DNA of 64,000 bases, from the NCBI GenBank assembly GCA_030141605.1, contig JAQGDQ010000069.1, forward strand, positions 315,126 through 379,125, written 5' to 3'. Under the pieces are notes generated by a model, which was not told the origin of the DNA, ran no database searches, and saw nothing but the letters and a program-made list of their open reading frames with translations. Positions 25,601-37,378 of this stretch are shown piece after piece; position 1 is the first letter of the stretch; each line of letters begins with the position of its first letter. Source of the stretch: Tubiluchus corallicola. Taxonomy: Eukaryota; Animalia; Priapulida. The position numbers and the translations under genes are program-made.

Positions 25601-28600
25601 TCAACTGAAGTCTCTCATGGTCCTTTATTGGCAGTTTCGTAGTCTTATCATTTGGCCAAACAGCATGCAGAGTAACTTCAGCTTTTTTATTTAGTTCTTC
25701 TCCTTCGGGTGGCTTGCCTGTCTCATCAGGATAGATGGTAACTTCTTTCCTTCTAAAATGTACTATTTTGTCCAAATTTAAACCAGCCACATTTGTAGTG
25801 CCTGGAAAAAATACACTGCCATACCCCTCTCTTCCAATAGAAAAATTTTCCACAAAACAGTCACCATTTTCATCAACCATATCAGCTAATTCTTCCATTG
25901 AGGGTATAGTGTAATAACCAGGACGATGTGAAACAATGCCAGTTGGGTGAGGTGGAACATTATCAAATGTTTCTAAATGATCAACCGAGCTGTCAGTGTC
26001 CGGAATACTAACATCACGGCTCTCGTCTTGACTTATCTCTACTAGTCTCCTGCTGGCACCTTTAGGTCTCTGCACTCTTTGGCTGAGATCGTCTAGTCCT
26101 TGGTTGAGTTCAACAATCGTATTATGCAGATCCGCTATAGATGTATCCTGATTAGTGATCTTTGGTGTCTCAGCGATTGGTTTTGATATAGGATTTGTGT
26201 AGTAGCTCAAGTTTGATGGAGGTTGCTTTCCAGCTTGATCTTTGCTGGACTTGGGGACGGTATCTTGCTGACCTAAAGCAATTTCACTTGGAGCAGCTAC
26301 TGCATTAATGTCCACAGTAAGTGAGGATAAGTTTGCCGCTGGAGTAGCCCCAGCAGACGAAAGCCCAGGCGATGCAACTGGCATGTTATAGTCTGGCGAT
26401 CGAGGAATAGAACGGTTCTTATTACCGATGACGAGTTTTTTCACACTTCTCCTTGGAACAAAGGAATCTTGCGACAGTCCGTAATCTTCCTCGTCCAAGC
26501 CGTCAAACAATGAGCTACGTCCACTGGAGTCTAAAAACTTTGGTTTCACTTTAGCAGTCGGCCGAGGAGAGACTTTATAAGCAGCCGAAGCTAAAGCCCG
26601 CTGTGCTGCAGGATTGGTTGGTTTCAGCAACTCTTCTCTCTTGTTTTGGTCCTGTAAGACATTTCTAAATAATTCAGAATCTCCGTATGGTGACGTGGCC
26701 AAAGCCACATTCAGAAGCTGCATTTGAGCTTGATGAGAGATATTACCCATCTGTTGCCCTTGGTTAAAGTTAGCACCCGGCACCCCGGAAAGATTAGAGG
26801 CAGCTCCGAACGTGTTACCTGTACCGAAACCCATTCCTAATGATGTTCCTAACCCTGTAGATGCGCCAGTTCCAAAAGCAGGTGCACCTGTCGCCCCTCC
26901 AAAACTGAAGGCAGGTTTTGCAGCTGTTCCACCGAAAAGCCCGCCAGTGCTCGTGTTTCCTGTTCCAAACAATGGTACACCAAATCCCTGACTAGCTGTA
27001 GTCGTGGTAGACCCAAATCCTAAAGGTTTACTAAATGCTGAGCCTTGCGAAGCTGTCTGTCCGAACCCAAACGTGGGTGCAGTTGAACCAGGCTTTCCAA
27101 ACAGTCCTCCACTGGCAGGTGTGGCACCAAAAGATAATCCAGCTTGCGTAGTAGCTGTGCCAAATGGTTTCTGTTGTCCAAATAGGCCACCACCTACAAG
27201 AAGAGACAAAACACGACTTTAGTTCGGCAAACGAGGAACTAAGAAAACTTTGTAATACATTTAATATGGCAGTTAATAACTTATTATTACCAAGCATTTT
27301 GGATAACATCTTGACAAAAGGTCTATGAACACATGCAGTAAAACCTCGCTTAACGACATTTCGTTTTAACAATGTTAACGTTTGACACGTTTTTATTACT
27401 TAACGGTGCATGTTTCATTTAAACAACTATTTTTTACTTTGCTCAATGCCATTTTTTATTTTATCAACAATATTTTTACCTAATTATTGCATTATTCTGT
27501 TCTAAAAACACATTACTAATGTTAAACAGTACAATTATTATTTACTTTTTGCTTCCTGACTGACTGCTAGCCACTTTTATAAAGCGAGTGCTATTTGCAG
27601 GCACCTAGGTGCAAACTATATGGGTGCTAACACGACCGAATAGCTGCAATCTGACTGCGTCGTGGAGCTCATTATCTATGTGTGCCATTGTAGTTACAAC
27701 AGTGATCTGATGAAGCAGAGTTTAGTTCATTAGATGCCTTTATGGACTCGACTCCATCCAAAGTGCTTGCCACTATATGCCATAATTGTCTTTCTAGGGT
27801 AAAGGAGTTAAATACACAGTAATGTTTGCTATGTTTTTGTAGTTACAGTTAACACATTAGCACATTTTGTGTCTGATATGTGAACTTTATTTGCTCTTGT
27901 GTGTGTTTTATTTTGTTTTTATTTTTGTTATAGTAATGTCAAACAACTTGTTTTTTTCTGAACATAAGATAGATGTTGTTATTCTACTAGCAATATGTCT
28001 CACTCTGTGTAACAAGATAATCTTTGTCAATAAATTACAACTACTACTACTACTACTACTACTACAACTATGTAAGGAACTTTGCCTACAACCTGTTGTT
28101 GAAGCAACCAATATCTAGATAAAATTGTCTCAAGGCCTCCCCTGGACAAGATTTGTACTATGCAGTGTTCAATCACTAACTGCATAGCTATGGCTTCAAC
28201 GTTTACACCAGCCAATGTATTGGTATGAAAGAAAGAAAGTTTTAAGGAAGCAGAAAGAAATTAATCAGTACAAATATGAATGAAATTTGTTAAACTCATA
28301 CAGAATTAATGGTGAATATGAATTAAAAAGCATTGATTTTTGTCTGTGAAATGTACCTCAATTCTTTTACATTACTTTCTATGGAGGTCTTGGTTTTATT
28401 TGTCAAATAGGAATACCACTACGAAACATACGCATTATCTGAATAAAAATCTAACAGCAATGCCTGTCTTTTAAATCTATCCTCTCAGAAACATACAGGT
28501 ACGAACCAGGAACTACTAATAGTATGGCCAGATTTTCAGTTGAAAGATCACAAGTTTTAGACAGAGTTGCTTTTTACGCATTTCTACTAAAAGATGTAAA

Positions 28601-31600
28601 CTCTGTAAAGATGTTAGACAGTGACTAATTTTTAACTTTTCACGGCTTTATGTACCAAAATACAAAACTTAACACTTAAAATCCATACTTTGATGGACAA
28701 AACCAAAAAATTTTCTTACCTGTTTGTCCAAATGCAGACGTTCCAGTCTGACCAAATGCTGGGGTGGCTTGAGAGGTTCCAAACAAACCAGTGCCACCTG
28801 TAGAAGTTCCTCCAAATAATGGCTTATTTTGTTGACCAAACAATCCACCTCCGACAGTTGTAGTGGTAGTGCCAAAAGAAAAACCAGTTGAAGTCGTTGT
28901 TGTGGTTCCAAAAGTGAGCTTGTTTTGCCCACCAAAAAGAGTATTTGACTGAGTAGTCTGTCCAAACAGGCCACCAGTGCTGGATGTTGACGTGCCAAAC
29001 CCAGTAGCTCCAAATGCAGGTTTTGGCTGTCCAAAAGAAAACCCCGTGCTCTGAGTAGTGACTGACGTGGTGGGACGACCAAATAAGCTACTTCCACTAA
29101 GAGCGCTAGCGGTGCCGCTCTTTCTGTTAGCTAGATAGTCTTCAACTCGCAGTTCTTCTAAACATTTCGCTTCATACTCTTTCATAGCTGTTATGCATTG
29201 ATGGCGAGTGTTAATATTCGTCGAGACACCATTTTTCATTGTCGTATCTGTAGAAGCCGGTGCGTTGAATTTGACAGTGGTGCCAACCGGTGTAGAACTT
29301 CCAAACAAGCCTGTTGCTCCTGTGCTGCCAAAAAGGCCAGCACCTGTACTAGTTGCAGGTGTACCAAATAAAGTTGAACCGGCACCATGCTGTGTACCAA
29401 ACAGACCTCCACCGGTGGAAGTGCTAGTACCAAAACCACCAAATCCAGCTGGTTTTGCACCAAAACTGGTGCTAGCCGTGGGTGTTCCAAACATGGTTCC
29501 ACCTGGCTGGGTGTTGGTTCCTATTCCAAATAATCCAGTTCCGGTTTGTGTTCCAGTGCCAAAACCAGATGTGTTAGCTGCTGACCCAAAGCCAGTACTA
29601 GCCTGTCCTGAACCGAATAAACCACCAGTGGTTGATGAGCCAAATCCTGTTGCAGCAGGCGTGCCAAAACCAGGTGTGGCTGACCCAAATGTAGATGTTC
29701 CAAATCCAGTGTTACCAAATCCAGAAGTCTGTCCAAATGGTGTACCTGTTGAACCTGCAATGATTCAATTAATTAGTCTCTATTAATTAGGTTGCCCAAC
29801 TCTGAACAAAATAACAGTATTTTTATCGCATATATACTCTACATTTTAACGTATTAGCCACTTTCAAATTGATGAAGCTAGTTGCATAACATATGATTTG
29901 GTTAGTAATGTGCAACTCAATACTTGAAATCTTTTGAATGCAAGTTTCAAATTTATACATCTTAGAGCTTTATATACTGATGTTGCCACCCACATTTTGA
30001 TAGAGTTTCTGGGAGTGACAGTGCGAAATCTGCATACTAAGCAAGTCATAAAGTTCATTGGAAGAAGTATAAGTTTCTATTGTGTTTTCTAGTATTTTTT
30101 GGTTTATTTTTAACAATGATGTGTAGATTTAAGATAATCAACAATAAGTTTATGATGCAAAATAGCTATTTAATTTGGAGAGATTTCACTTGGTACCTAG
30201 GGAAGCTATTGTTGCAAGCTAGTATCCTGGATACAAAATTGTATGCTTCGAAGTGTAAAGATCTAAAAATTATGATGATAATCCGTAATCGGCAAATAAA
30301 TTATTGAACAATTTTTTAAATTTAATGAAAAGCAATATAACATCTTTAATTGTTTACTCCATGTCGGCTCACAATACATTTATGATTTAGAGAATTGAAT
30401 AAGTCTATAACAATGTAGGAAAAGAAATGACTTGCAGTTTGAATAATTGTCACGAATTAAAGTATGAGAGCATTTTGGTTGGAGTTTCAGTACAACAACA
30501 GGAACAGTCGAAAAACCGCTTGAATGCCAGACTCCAAAGGAAACAGCCAGTTTACATCAGACCTAAGGCCTAAACATGGACTAAGAAATAAGTCAATTAA
30601 CTGTATGGTGTGTGCGTGCCCTCATTTTCCATGCTGGAGGCTATGGGTTCAATCCTACAACCAATTCATATCAAAACCTCAATATCACAAAAATGGTACC
30701 TCTGGCTTAGCCTGGCTACTGTTACTTTGTATGATCAGTCTCATAGGTTTCTAGAATATCATGCGTATAAGTGATCTTGGCTAAGTTATTTTCGGACAGA
30801 TTGAGGATAAAACAAAAATAGAAAATTCTAAAATAATGAACACAATGTAAGAAATTGAGAACATATTTTACAGTACTCAGCAGGTCTGCCATCTGTGGGT
30901 AGTAGCACACATACTGTTAGAAATGCAAGCTATACATAGTGTTTAATGTATGCATGTACATTATGTAAATGTTATGTTATGCGTATGTAAATGTTAAATA
31001 CATAAGATTCCTGACAAGTTGGCTGCATCAGAAACTGCTTTACTTAACATTTAGCGGGGTAATTAGGAATATAAAATATTACAACATGATGGTTTTCAAG
31101 CGAATTGACCACTTAGTAGCTAGCAAGCTACATATTAGTCTACAGAGTAGTTATAACGTTGACAATTTTAAGAATTAATATGCAATTAATACAGTTAAGT
31201 GAGGAATTTTATAAGTTAAAATGGCAAGTATACGGCACATATGCAGCGCTGACTTTCACAAAAGGCATTTTTCAAATATTTCTGCATGCAAAATTTGAAT
31301 TTGTTGAACTTTTTACACGTTATGCTGCCTATTACTGGTTTTTAAGTAAAAATAATCAAAATTCTGATGTGCAAAAATACTAACCTAAAAATAATCTAAC
31401 AAAACGCATAAGGCCTCAATTTCAATGAGCCTTGCAATAAACTCTGACACAAAAACCCTAAACTAAAAGTTGAAGCGTAAACAAAAGAAAAGTAAACAAT
31501 AATCTTCAAATAAATCCAGCAACTGCAACAGTTTTCTCATACTTAATGTTTTATAACTGTGCCTGCTCCAATTATGTTTTTACTACCATATTATGCTTTT

Positions 31601-34486
31601 CTTACTTCATATATATTCACTTTATTATGATTATTTTGCTCATTGTTTCACAGTTATTATTAAGTTTTTATTATATTTTGTTTGAGTTTATTACTACATA
31701 TTTTGTTTCTTTCACTGATTTATTATTTATGTTTTTTTGGTTGTTTTTTTGGTATGACTTTTTTCTAGTTTTTTGTTTTATTCGGTTAGTTAAATGCTTT
31801 ACATATATTGTTAATCATCATTTCATATTTTTCATTTTATTTCTTTATCGCATAGCTTACTTAGTTGTTTTGCTTTCATGTTTAATGTATCCCCCCATAA
31901 ATTCATGTTAACAGCAGCACCACAAATTTTTTACAATTTTCACTAGAAACTGTAGATAAACAATTTTCACTGTAGAAACAAATTCAACAATCTTAATAAA
32001 ATTCTAAAAAACAGATATATTCAAAAACAATGCAGTAGTGCCTCCACTACAAAACAAAAATGGACAGTGATCAACAATGTTATAAATAAACATAAAAATA
32101 AACAAAATAGGTTAAATGAACTTAAAATCAACAATACCACAATAACGAAACCCAAAGATATTGCGAATTTGTTAAATGAGACGTTTGTTAACCTCGGAAA
32201 CTTTAATTTGCAGAATGATTATACTGATACCATAAAGGACAAACTAAAAACTATAGGACCTGCAAATAACCAATTTTCATTTTCCAGTGTTACTTTTGCT
32301 GATATTTTAAAAATAATAAATAATTTAGATGCCAATAAAGGCAGTGGCACATCTGACATACCAATAAAAATTCTAAAGGACAGTATGCATTTAATTGCTC
32401 CACATATAACCTATATCACTAACCAAATAATAATGCGTGGCAAATTTCCTGATCAATGCAAAACAGCTAATATTACACCAATCCACAAAAAGAATGCTAA
32501 AGATGAACCAATAAATTACAGACCAGTATCAATAGTTCATTGTATGAGTAAAATTTGGGAAAGAGTAATCTATAATCAAATTATTACATATGTCAATCAA
32601 AATGAACTCTTATCGAAACATCAATTCGGATTTAGAAAAAAACATTCAACTGTGGATGCTATAATAAACGTAACTGAAAACTGGCGAGATAATCTTGATA
32701 AAAACAAATATGTGGCAGCAGCTTTTCTAGATTTAAGTAAAGCTTTCGACAGTTTAAATCACACACTATTATTAGATAATTTGAAAGAACTTGGATTTGA
32801 ACAATCAGCTTTAAAATTAATTAATGATTACCTACGAAATAGAAAGCAGCGGGTTAAAATAAACTCTACAACATTCTCAGATTGGGCTAACCTTCAACGA
32901 GGTATCCCACAGGGCACACTGTTGGGACCTCTACTGTTTAACCTTTACATCAACAATATTTCTAACGTTCTACAACATTCAAGTATTACGCAATATGCAG
33001 ACGATACGACTATTTATCTAGCTCACGATAATATCAGCATTGCAAAACAGTACTTAGAAAAAGACATAAAGAATATCAACATGGCATTTAATTATTACAA
33101 GCTAAAAATGAATAGTGACAAAACAGAATTTATGGTATTATCCCCAACAATTAACAATACTGAAAATACAGCTGCTATATCCTTGCAAATAGAAAATGAT
33201 GTTATCGTGCAGTCAAAAGTTGTTAATTTCTTAGGCGTTAAGTTGGACAACATGCTTACATGGGAAGAGCAGTTTATCAACATTTATAAAAAAATGGCAT
33301 TAAGTACTTCGTACCTTCGACAAATCAGAGGACAACTATCAAAACAAACAAAAATTCTAATTTACAAAACTTTAATTTTGCCCCATTATTTATATGCCTG
33401 CATACTATACCAAAAAGTGAAAAGAGAGTCATACATCAAGTTAAATGTACTTCAAAACTACGCTTTACGATTAGTTAATGGCCATTCTTTGAAATCATCT
33501 CACAATACAAGTAAATATTCTGCCACCTCTTTAAGAAACTCCATGAAAATCCCGATACTAGAAGCCCACAGAGATTATCAAACTCTCCTGTTTCTCTATA
33601 AATATATCAACAATATTAATGCTCCCTTTGAAAACAATAAGCTCCCACTTCTTAAAAACCCCAGTATGAATAACAGAACACTAAATTTAAGAAACATCAG
33701 AACGAACAACCAATATGGAAAGTATTCCATTACTAAACAAGCTATACAACTTTGGAATTCATTACCGACATCACTAAAACACAGCAGCTCTTTAACAATA
33801 TTCAAGTTTAAATTAAAAAAACATTTAATGACACGTTTTGATTATCCGACATACGAACACGATGACACCTACTCAAATCATAATTTCATTTTTCCCAGAC
33901 CGTACTAAACTAGTTTATATTTTATTTTTTGAAATTCTAGTTGCACTTATAGTTTAGCTTGAACCAGACGCATTTGCCCAGAACAGTGTATGTTTAATTT
34001 CATATGAACTAACACTGATTGCCTGTCTTGTATTATGATGGTCAATGTTTTAAAATGGCAAATAAAGATTTTACTACTACTACTACTACTACTAACCTGA
34101 GAAGGGTAGCTGACTCGATGACCAATTGGTCTTTCGCTACCCTTTCTCCTGCACCCCCTTAACTCTTTCCTTTATGCTTAATTTATCCTTTTTAATCAAT
34201 AACTAAAAAATAATAATTAGTCAATTTGTATACAGGTGTAAATGAGGAGATAAATAAAAATGTCTATGTCTATGAAGCGCAAAAAGGTAATATTAGTGCT
34301 GTTCACCTTTAATACAGACATGATGGTTACAGTAATATGAAATGATACTCGTAATACGGAATACTACAAACTATACTACTTAAAAACAAACGGTAGGCTA
34401 AATAAACTTGAAAGGTGTAGAACCTAACCTGGCGTAGAACCAAAGCCACCAGTCCCAAAAGTAGGTTGATTTCCTTGTCCAAACAT
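22644..34486 (-). CDS. NUP98: Nuclear pore complex protein Nup98-Nup96 precursor, predicted 1880 aa; exons 34486-34429, 29754-28720, 27193-22644
   Basis: Starts MFGQGNQPTFGTGGFG; both introns are phase 1 GT-AG. Contains GLFG/FG repeats, a GLEBS motif (GTTVKF...HQCITAMKEYEAKCLEELRVEDYLANRK), SPYGDSELF, the autopeptidase domain (GYYTIPS...REGYGSVFF...VHFRRKEVTIYPD) ending in HF|SKYGL at 25494-25502, then the Nup96 moiety (GRAFRVAW, LDWKRALALHLWY, LPMPEDY). Confidence 0.96.
27900..28068 (+). mobile_element. Probable 3'-end fragment of a (TAC)n-tailed LINE in Nup98 intron 2
   Basis: T-rich UTR-like segment, then AATAAA immediately followed by (TAC)n, the same end architecture as the LINE at 34061-34094. 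Confidence 0.45.
30630..30725 (+). mobile_element. Degenerate tRNA-derived SINE fragment
   Basis: B-box-like GGGTTCAATCC followed by CATATCAAAAC...AAAAATGGTACCTCTGGCTT...CCTGGC, resembling central domains of widespread metazoan SINEs. Confidence 0.35.
31956..34094 (+). mobile_element. 5'-truncated non-LTR retrotransposon (LINE, CR1/L2/jockey-like) in Nup98 intron 1, antisense to the host gene
   Basis: Open frame 31956-33908 with RT motifs, no endonuclease domain, a short 3' UTR, AATAAA at 34061-34066 and a (TAC)n tail at 34072-34094. No clear target-site duplication. Confidence 0.9.
32067..33908 (+). CDS. LINE ORF2 reverse transcriptase (N-terminally truncated)
   Basis: NYRPVSI, QFGFRKKHST, FLDLSKAFD, GIPQGTLLGPLLF, QYADD, FLGVKLD and LWNSLP motifs typical of non-LTR reverse transcriptases. 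Confidence 0.92.
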   Translation: MINNVINKHKNKQNRLNELKINNTTITKPKDIANLLNETFVNLGNFNLQNDYTDTIKDKLKTIGPANNQFSFSSVTFADILKIINNLDANKGSGTSDIPIKILKDSMHLIAPHITYITNQIIMRGKFPDQCKTANITPIHKKNAKDEPINYRPVSIVHCMSKIWERVIYNQIITYVNQNELLSKHQFGFRKKHSTVDAIINVTENWRDNLDKNKYVAAAFLDLSKAFDSLNHTLLLDNLKELGFEQSALKLINDYLRNRKQRVKINSTTFSDWANLQRGIPQGTLLGPLLFNLYINNISNVLQHSSITQYADDTTIYLAHDNISIAKQYLEKDIKNINMAFNYYKLKMNSDKTEFMVLSPTINNTENTAAISLQIENDVIVQSKVVNFLGVKLDNMLTWEEQFINIYKKMALSTSYLRQIRGQLSKQTKILIYKTLILPHYLYACILYQKVKRESYIKLNVLQNYALRLVNGHSLKSSHNTSKYSATSLRNSMKIPILEAHRDYQTLLFLYKYINNINAPFENNKLPLLKNPSMNNRTLNLRNIRTNNQYGKYSITKQAIQLWNSLPTSLKHSSSLTIFKFKLKKHLMTRFDYPTYEHDDTYSNHNFIFPRPY

Positions 34487-35404
34487 CAATGCGGGGTTTC
34501 TATATCAAATACTAATACCAAGAAATTTATGAAGCACTAATGTTAACGAAAATTGCCAGAGTTACATCATTGTTGTGAAAAAATAACAGAATTTACGAAA
34601 CATTAAGACGCAACGATAATGCCCGCGAAGTGCAAGTATAAAAATGATGGAAATTAATTTTCACTTTGATTTTATTTACCATTCTTTGCGTGCCACACAT
34701 TGTTATTTGGGGCTGGATTGTTCCTAAATTCAAACTTCCTGCGAGACTCATTCTCTTATTTTTGTACATATATAGTTTACCACGGTTGTGTTTACCCGTT
34801 ACTGATTTTCCTTTCAGATAATCGCGTTTTACTTAATTTTTTTTTGGTTAAAAGCATATCTAGCTACTCACACAGATCAGGCCTAGCTTTACAAGGTAAA
34901 GATGTCCACGTTGCTGCACTTCAACAATACTATTAATTTTGTCATGCACTAATTCTAGTATAAAATTAAAATATTTTAAGTTCAATGATTATTCAGCTTG
35001 TTTATTTTAATTGGCATCGCTCTAAATTCCGACTGCTGAGGTTAAGGCACGTGGTTTTAAGGTACTTAATGATAAGGTATTTTGCTATCTCTGTGAGTGA
35101 CAACAACACTCAGATCTATATCACTTCGGACAAATTTCTTAATTCTCAATAAAGGGAAAGAGAAAGGAATTTTAAAGTATCTTGAGAAATTTCCACACAA
35201 AAATATATTACCTAGTATTATGCATACCTGTTGTCAGTGTTTGAAAGATTTAGGTACAATAACCATAAGAGAAAACTCTGAATAATTTAAAATGTTTGTG
35301 CCAACTAGTGCAACTGCTTCTGCATCACAATCCTAATGTGCACCACTAGCTGGCTCACCAAAAAATATGTTAATTTTATTGACGTAATAAACGTTAATAT
35401 TGAC

Positions 35405-35597
35405 GAAAATATGGCATAAAGTTGGAAAAAATAATCAGCTCAATCATACCACATTCTTCGTTAACTAAGGAAAAGGATAACTTTCTTCATATAATTATAT
35501 ATAACTTATATATGAATAAAGTTTTCCTTTTCCTTAGTTAACGAAGAATGTGGTACGATTGAGCTGATTATTTTTTCAAACTTTATGCCATATTTTC
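35405..35597. repeat. Near-perfect 193-bp palindrome between Nup98 and Testin
   Basis: GAAAATATGGCATAAAGTT...GGAAAAGGATAACTTTCTTCATATA pairs with TATATGAATAAAGTTTTCCTTTTCC...AACTTTATGCCATATTTTC, with few mismatches. Confidence 0.9.
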
Positions 35598-36394
35598 TAA
35601 ACTTCTTTCAAATAACTTAGCATTGAAATGGCTGCACCTAAAAGTCAGTGCTGGAGTTCAAATTTACAACTTTGAAGTTTTATACGGCATTACTGCTCAA
35701 TGCTCATACAAGTTCTGTGAGTAACGGGACGGCATGTAAATGATGCAAAATTTTAAGACAAATTTTTAAGCTCTATTTATTGAAAGTGTTTTCTTGTGCT
35801 TTAATCTGAGTTGGAAATCTTATTTACTGAAGGGCTGCTGTTTGATATTATTAACAGAAAACGGAAATCAATTATGTGATTCAGGTGAAATCAGTAACAG
35901 GAAACTGATGGATATAAGAAAAAAAGAAAAAAAACAAAATTATAAATGTTCAGTATTGTCACAATTACTATGTTGTTTAATAAATTTTGTGAATACTAAC
36001 AGCAATTACGTCATTTGACACAACTTGATTATGACTGCTGCTTGAGATTTTGTGAAAAAAATCTACTTAATTATATACGTTTTTGCTTTTGTTGGGGCTG
36101 ACCAATGATCGAGTTGTTATTGTAAAGTGTTGTCAGCAGTTAGAGTTTTCGGGACCATGATGGAAATATGTTTTAAGTTTTCGATGATAGGAACGAGTTC
36201 GGTCCAAACATAAAACTATAGATTCAAATAACTAAGCACTTCAACATAAATTCTTTATTATAAAAAATTAGAAACCCCACGCAGTCAGACAATTTTCTAA
36301 ACAAATGATCGATACTTTTTTTGCTATTATATAAAATTATGTATTAATATGCATAATCTCTGAGAGACTTCTTTTCCATGATTCGAAAATTTTA

Positions 36395-36910
36395 TTCGAA
36401 AACCTTTAAAAATGAATTCAAGCTCGATTTGAATTTGAAATCCGAAAATTCAGTTTGATTCGAATTTGTAAGTCACAAATTCGGTTCGATAGTTGCAACA
36501 ACTGATCAGAATTTGCTTTCGGTCAGAGAATGCTTAGTGCTTGGGGTGAGCATTCTCTACCAGAAGGCGAATTTAAATCGAATCGAATTTGCGACTTTCG
36601 AATTCAAATCGTACCGAATTTCGGTATTTCGAATTCAAATTGAATTAGAATTGAGTTTGAAAATTTTTTGAACAAGTCTTCGAACCAGTAGTAAAAAGTG
36701 GCCTTACAAAAGCCATGCGTATTATTTGATTTTGTTCTGCAGTAAAGCCGGTATTAGTTTGCTAAAAACTTTGTACAGAAACTTTAACAAAATTGTGCTA
36801 ATTGCATGCTGTTTCAAACATTTTAATCATAAAGAACGTATGTGGCTAAAGTGTTGAATTATTCGAATCTATAATACTGAATTCGATCCGAATTCGAACG
36901 CTCACCTCTA
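36395..36910. mobile_element. TTCGAA/GAATTC-rich hAT-like MITE (36541-36910) plus an inverted partial copy (about 36395-36490)
   Basis: Termini TTGGGGTGAGC ... GCTCACCTCTA and subterminal ATTCGAAT repeats. 36395-36490 is a diverged reverse complement of 36578-36685. Confidence 0.5.
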
Positions 36911-37378
36911 ATGCTCAACTCTATTCAGTGAATTCCACCATACACGGGCACTCTACGTACTCCTGCATAAGTCATTTCACCTATTATAGTTTTATACACG
37001 GTGTTGTATACTTGTCATAATTTTCTAATGCTATTTGATACATTCTAGTTATTATTAATTTTATTGTTTTGTGACGAAATCATAAAATGTGCCAAAATAA
37101 TTAAAAGAAAAAAATCAATTTCTTTACTATTTTTTCATTACGAAGTCTTCAACCTGTTTTTGCATTAAGATCTCTATGCCTATGTCTATGTCTATGTCTA
37201 TCTCAACATTTTAGCCCCATAGCTAGTGAATACCCAAGAAAATAAAATTAATCAATATTAGTAAAAGTTTTAATATTGTCACTGTGGCTAATAACATCGG
37301 TTACTTTGCCAAACCAAAATTACTACAGATCGCGACAATAGAGGGCAATACGCATTTATTTTATTTTCGTATACAAAA

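Noticed and set aside
28676-28719. Intron read-through peptide ending SKYGF, resembling the HFSKYGL cleavage site
   Set aside because: Lies in intron 2 after a consensus donor; most likely coincidence.
29208-29786. 192-aa plus-strand ORF (also 27004-27222)
   Set aside because: Antisense shadow of the Nup98 FG-repeat codons.
31546-31911. 121-aa hydrophobic ORF, or a possible inverted 5' part of the LINE (twin priming)
   Set aside because: T-rich low complexity; the reverse complement has many stops and no endonuclease motifs.
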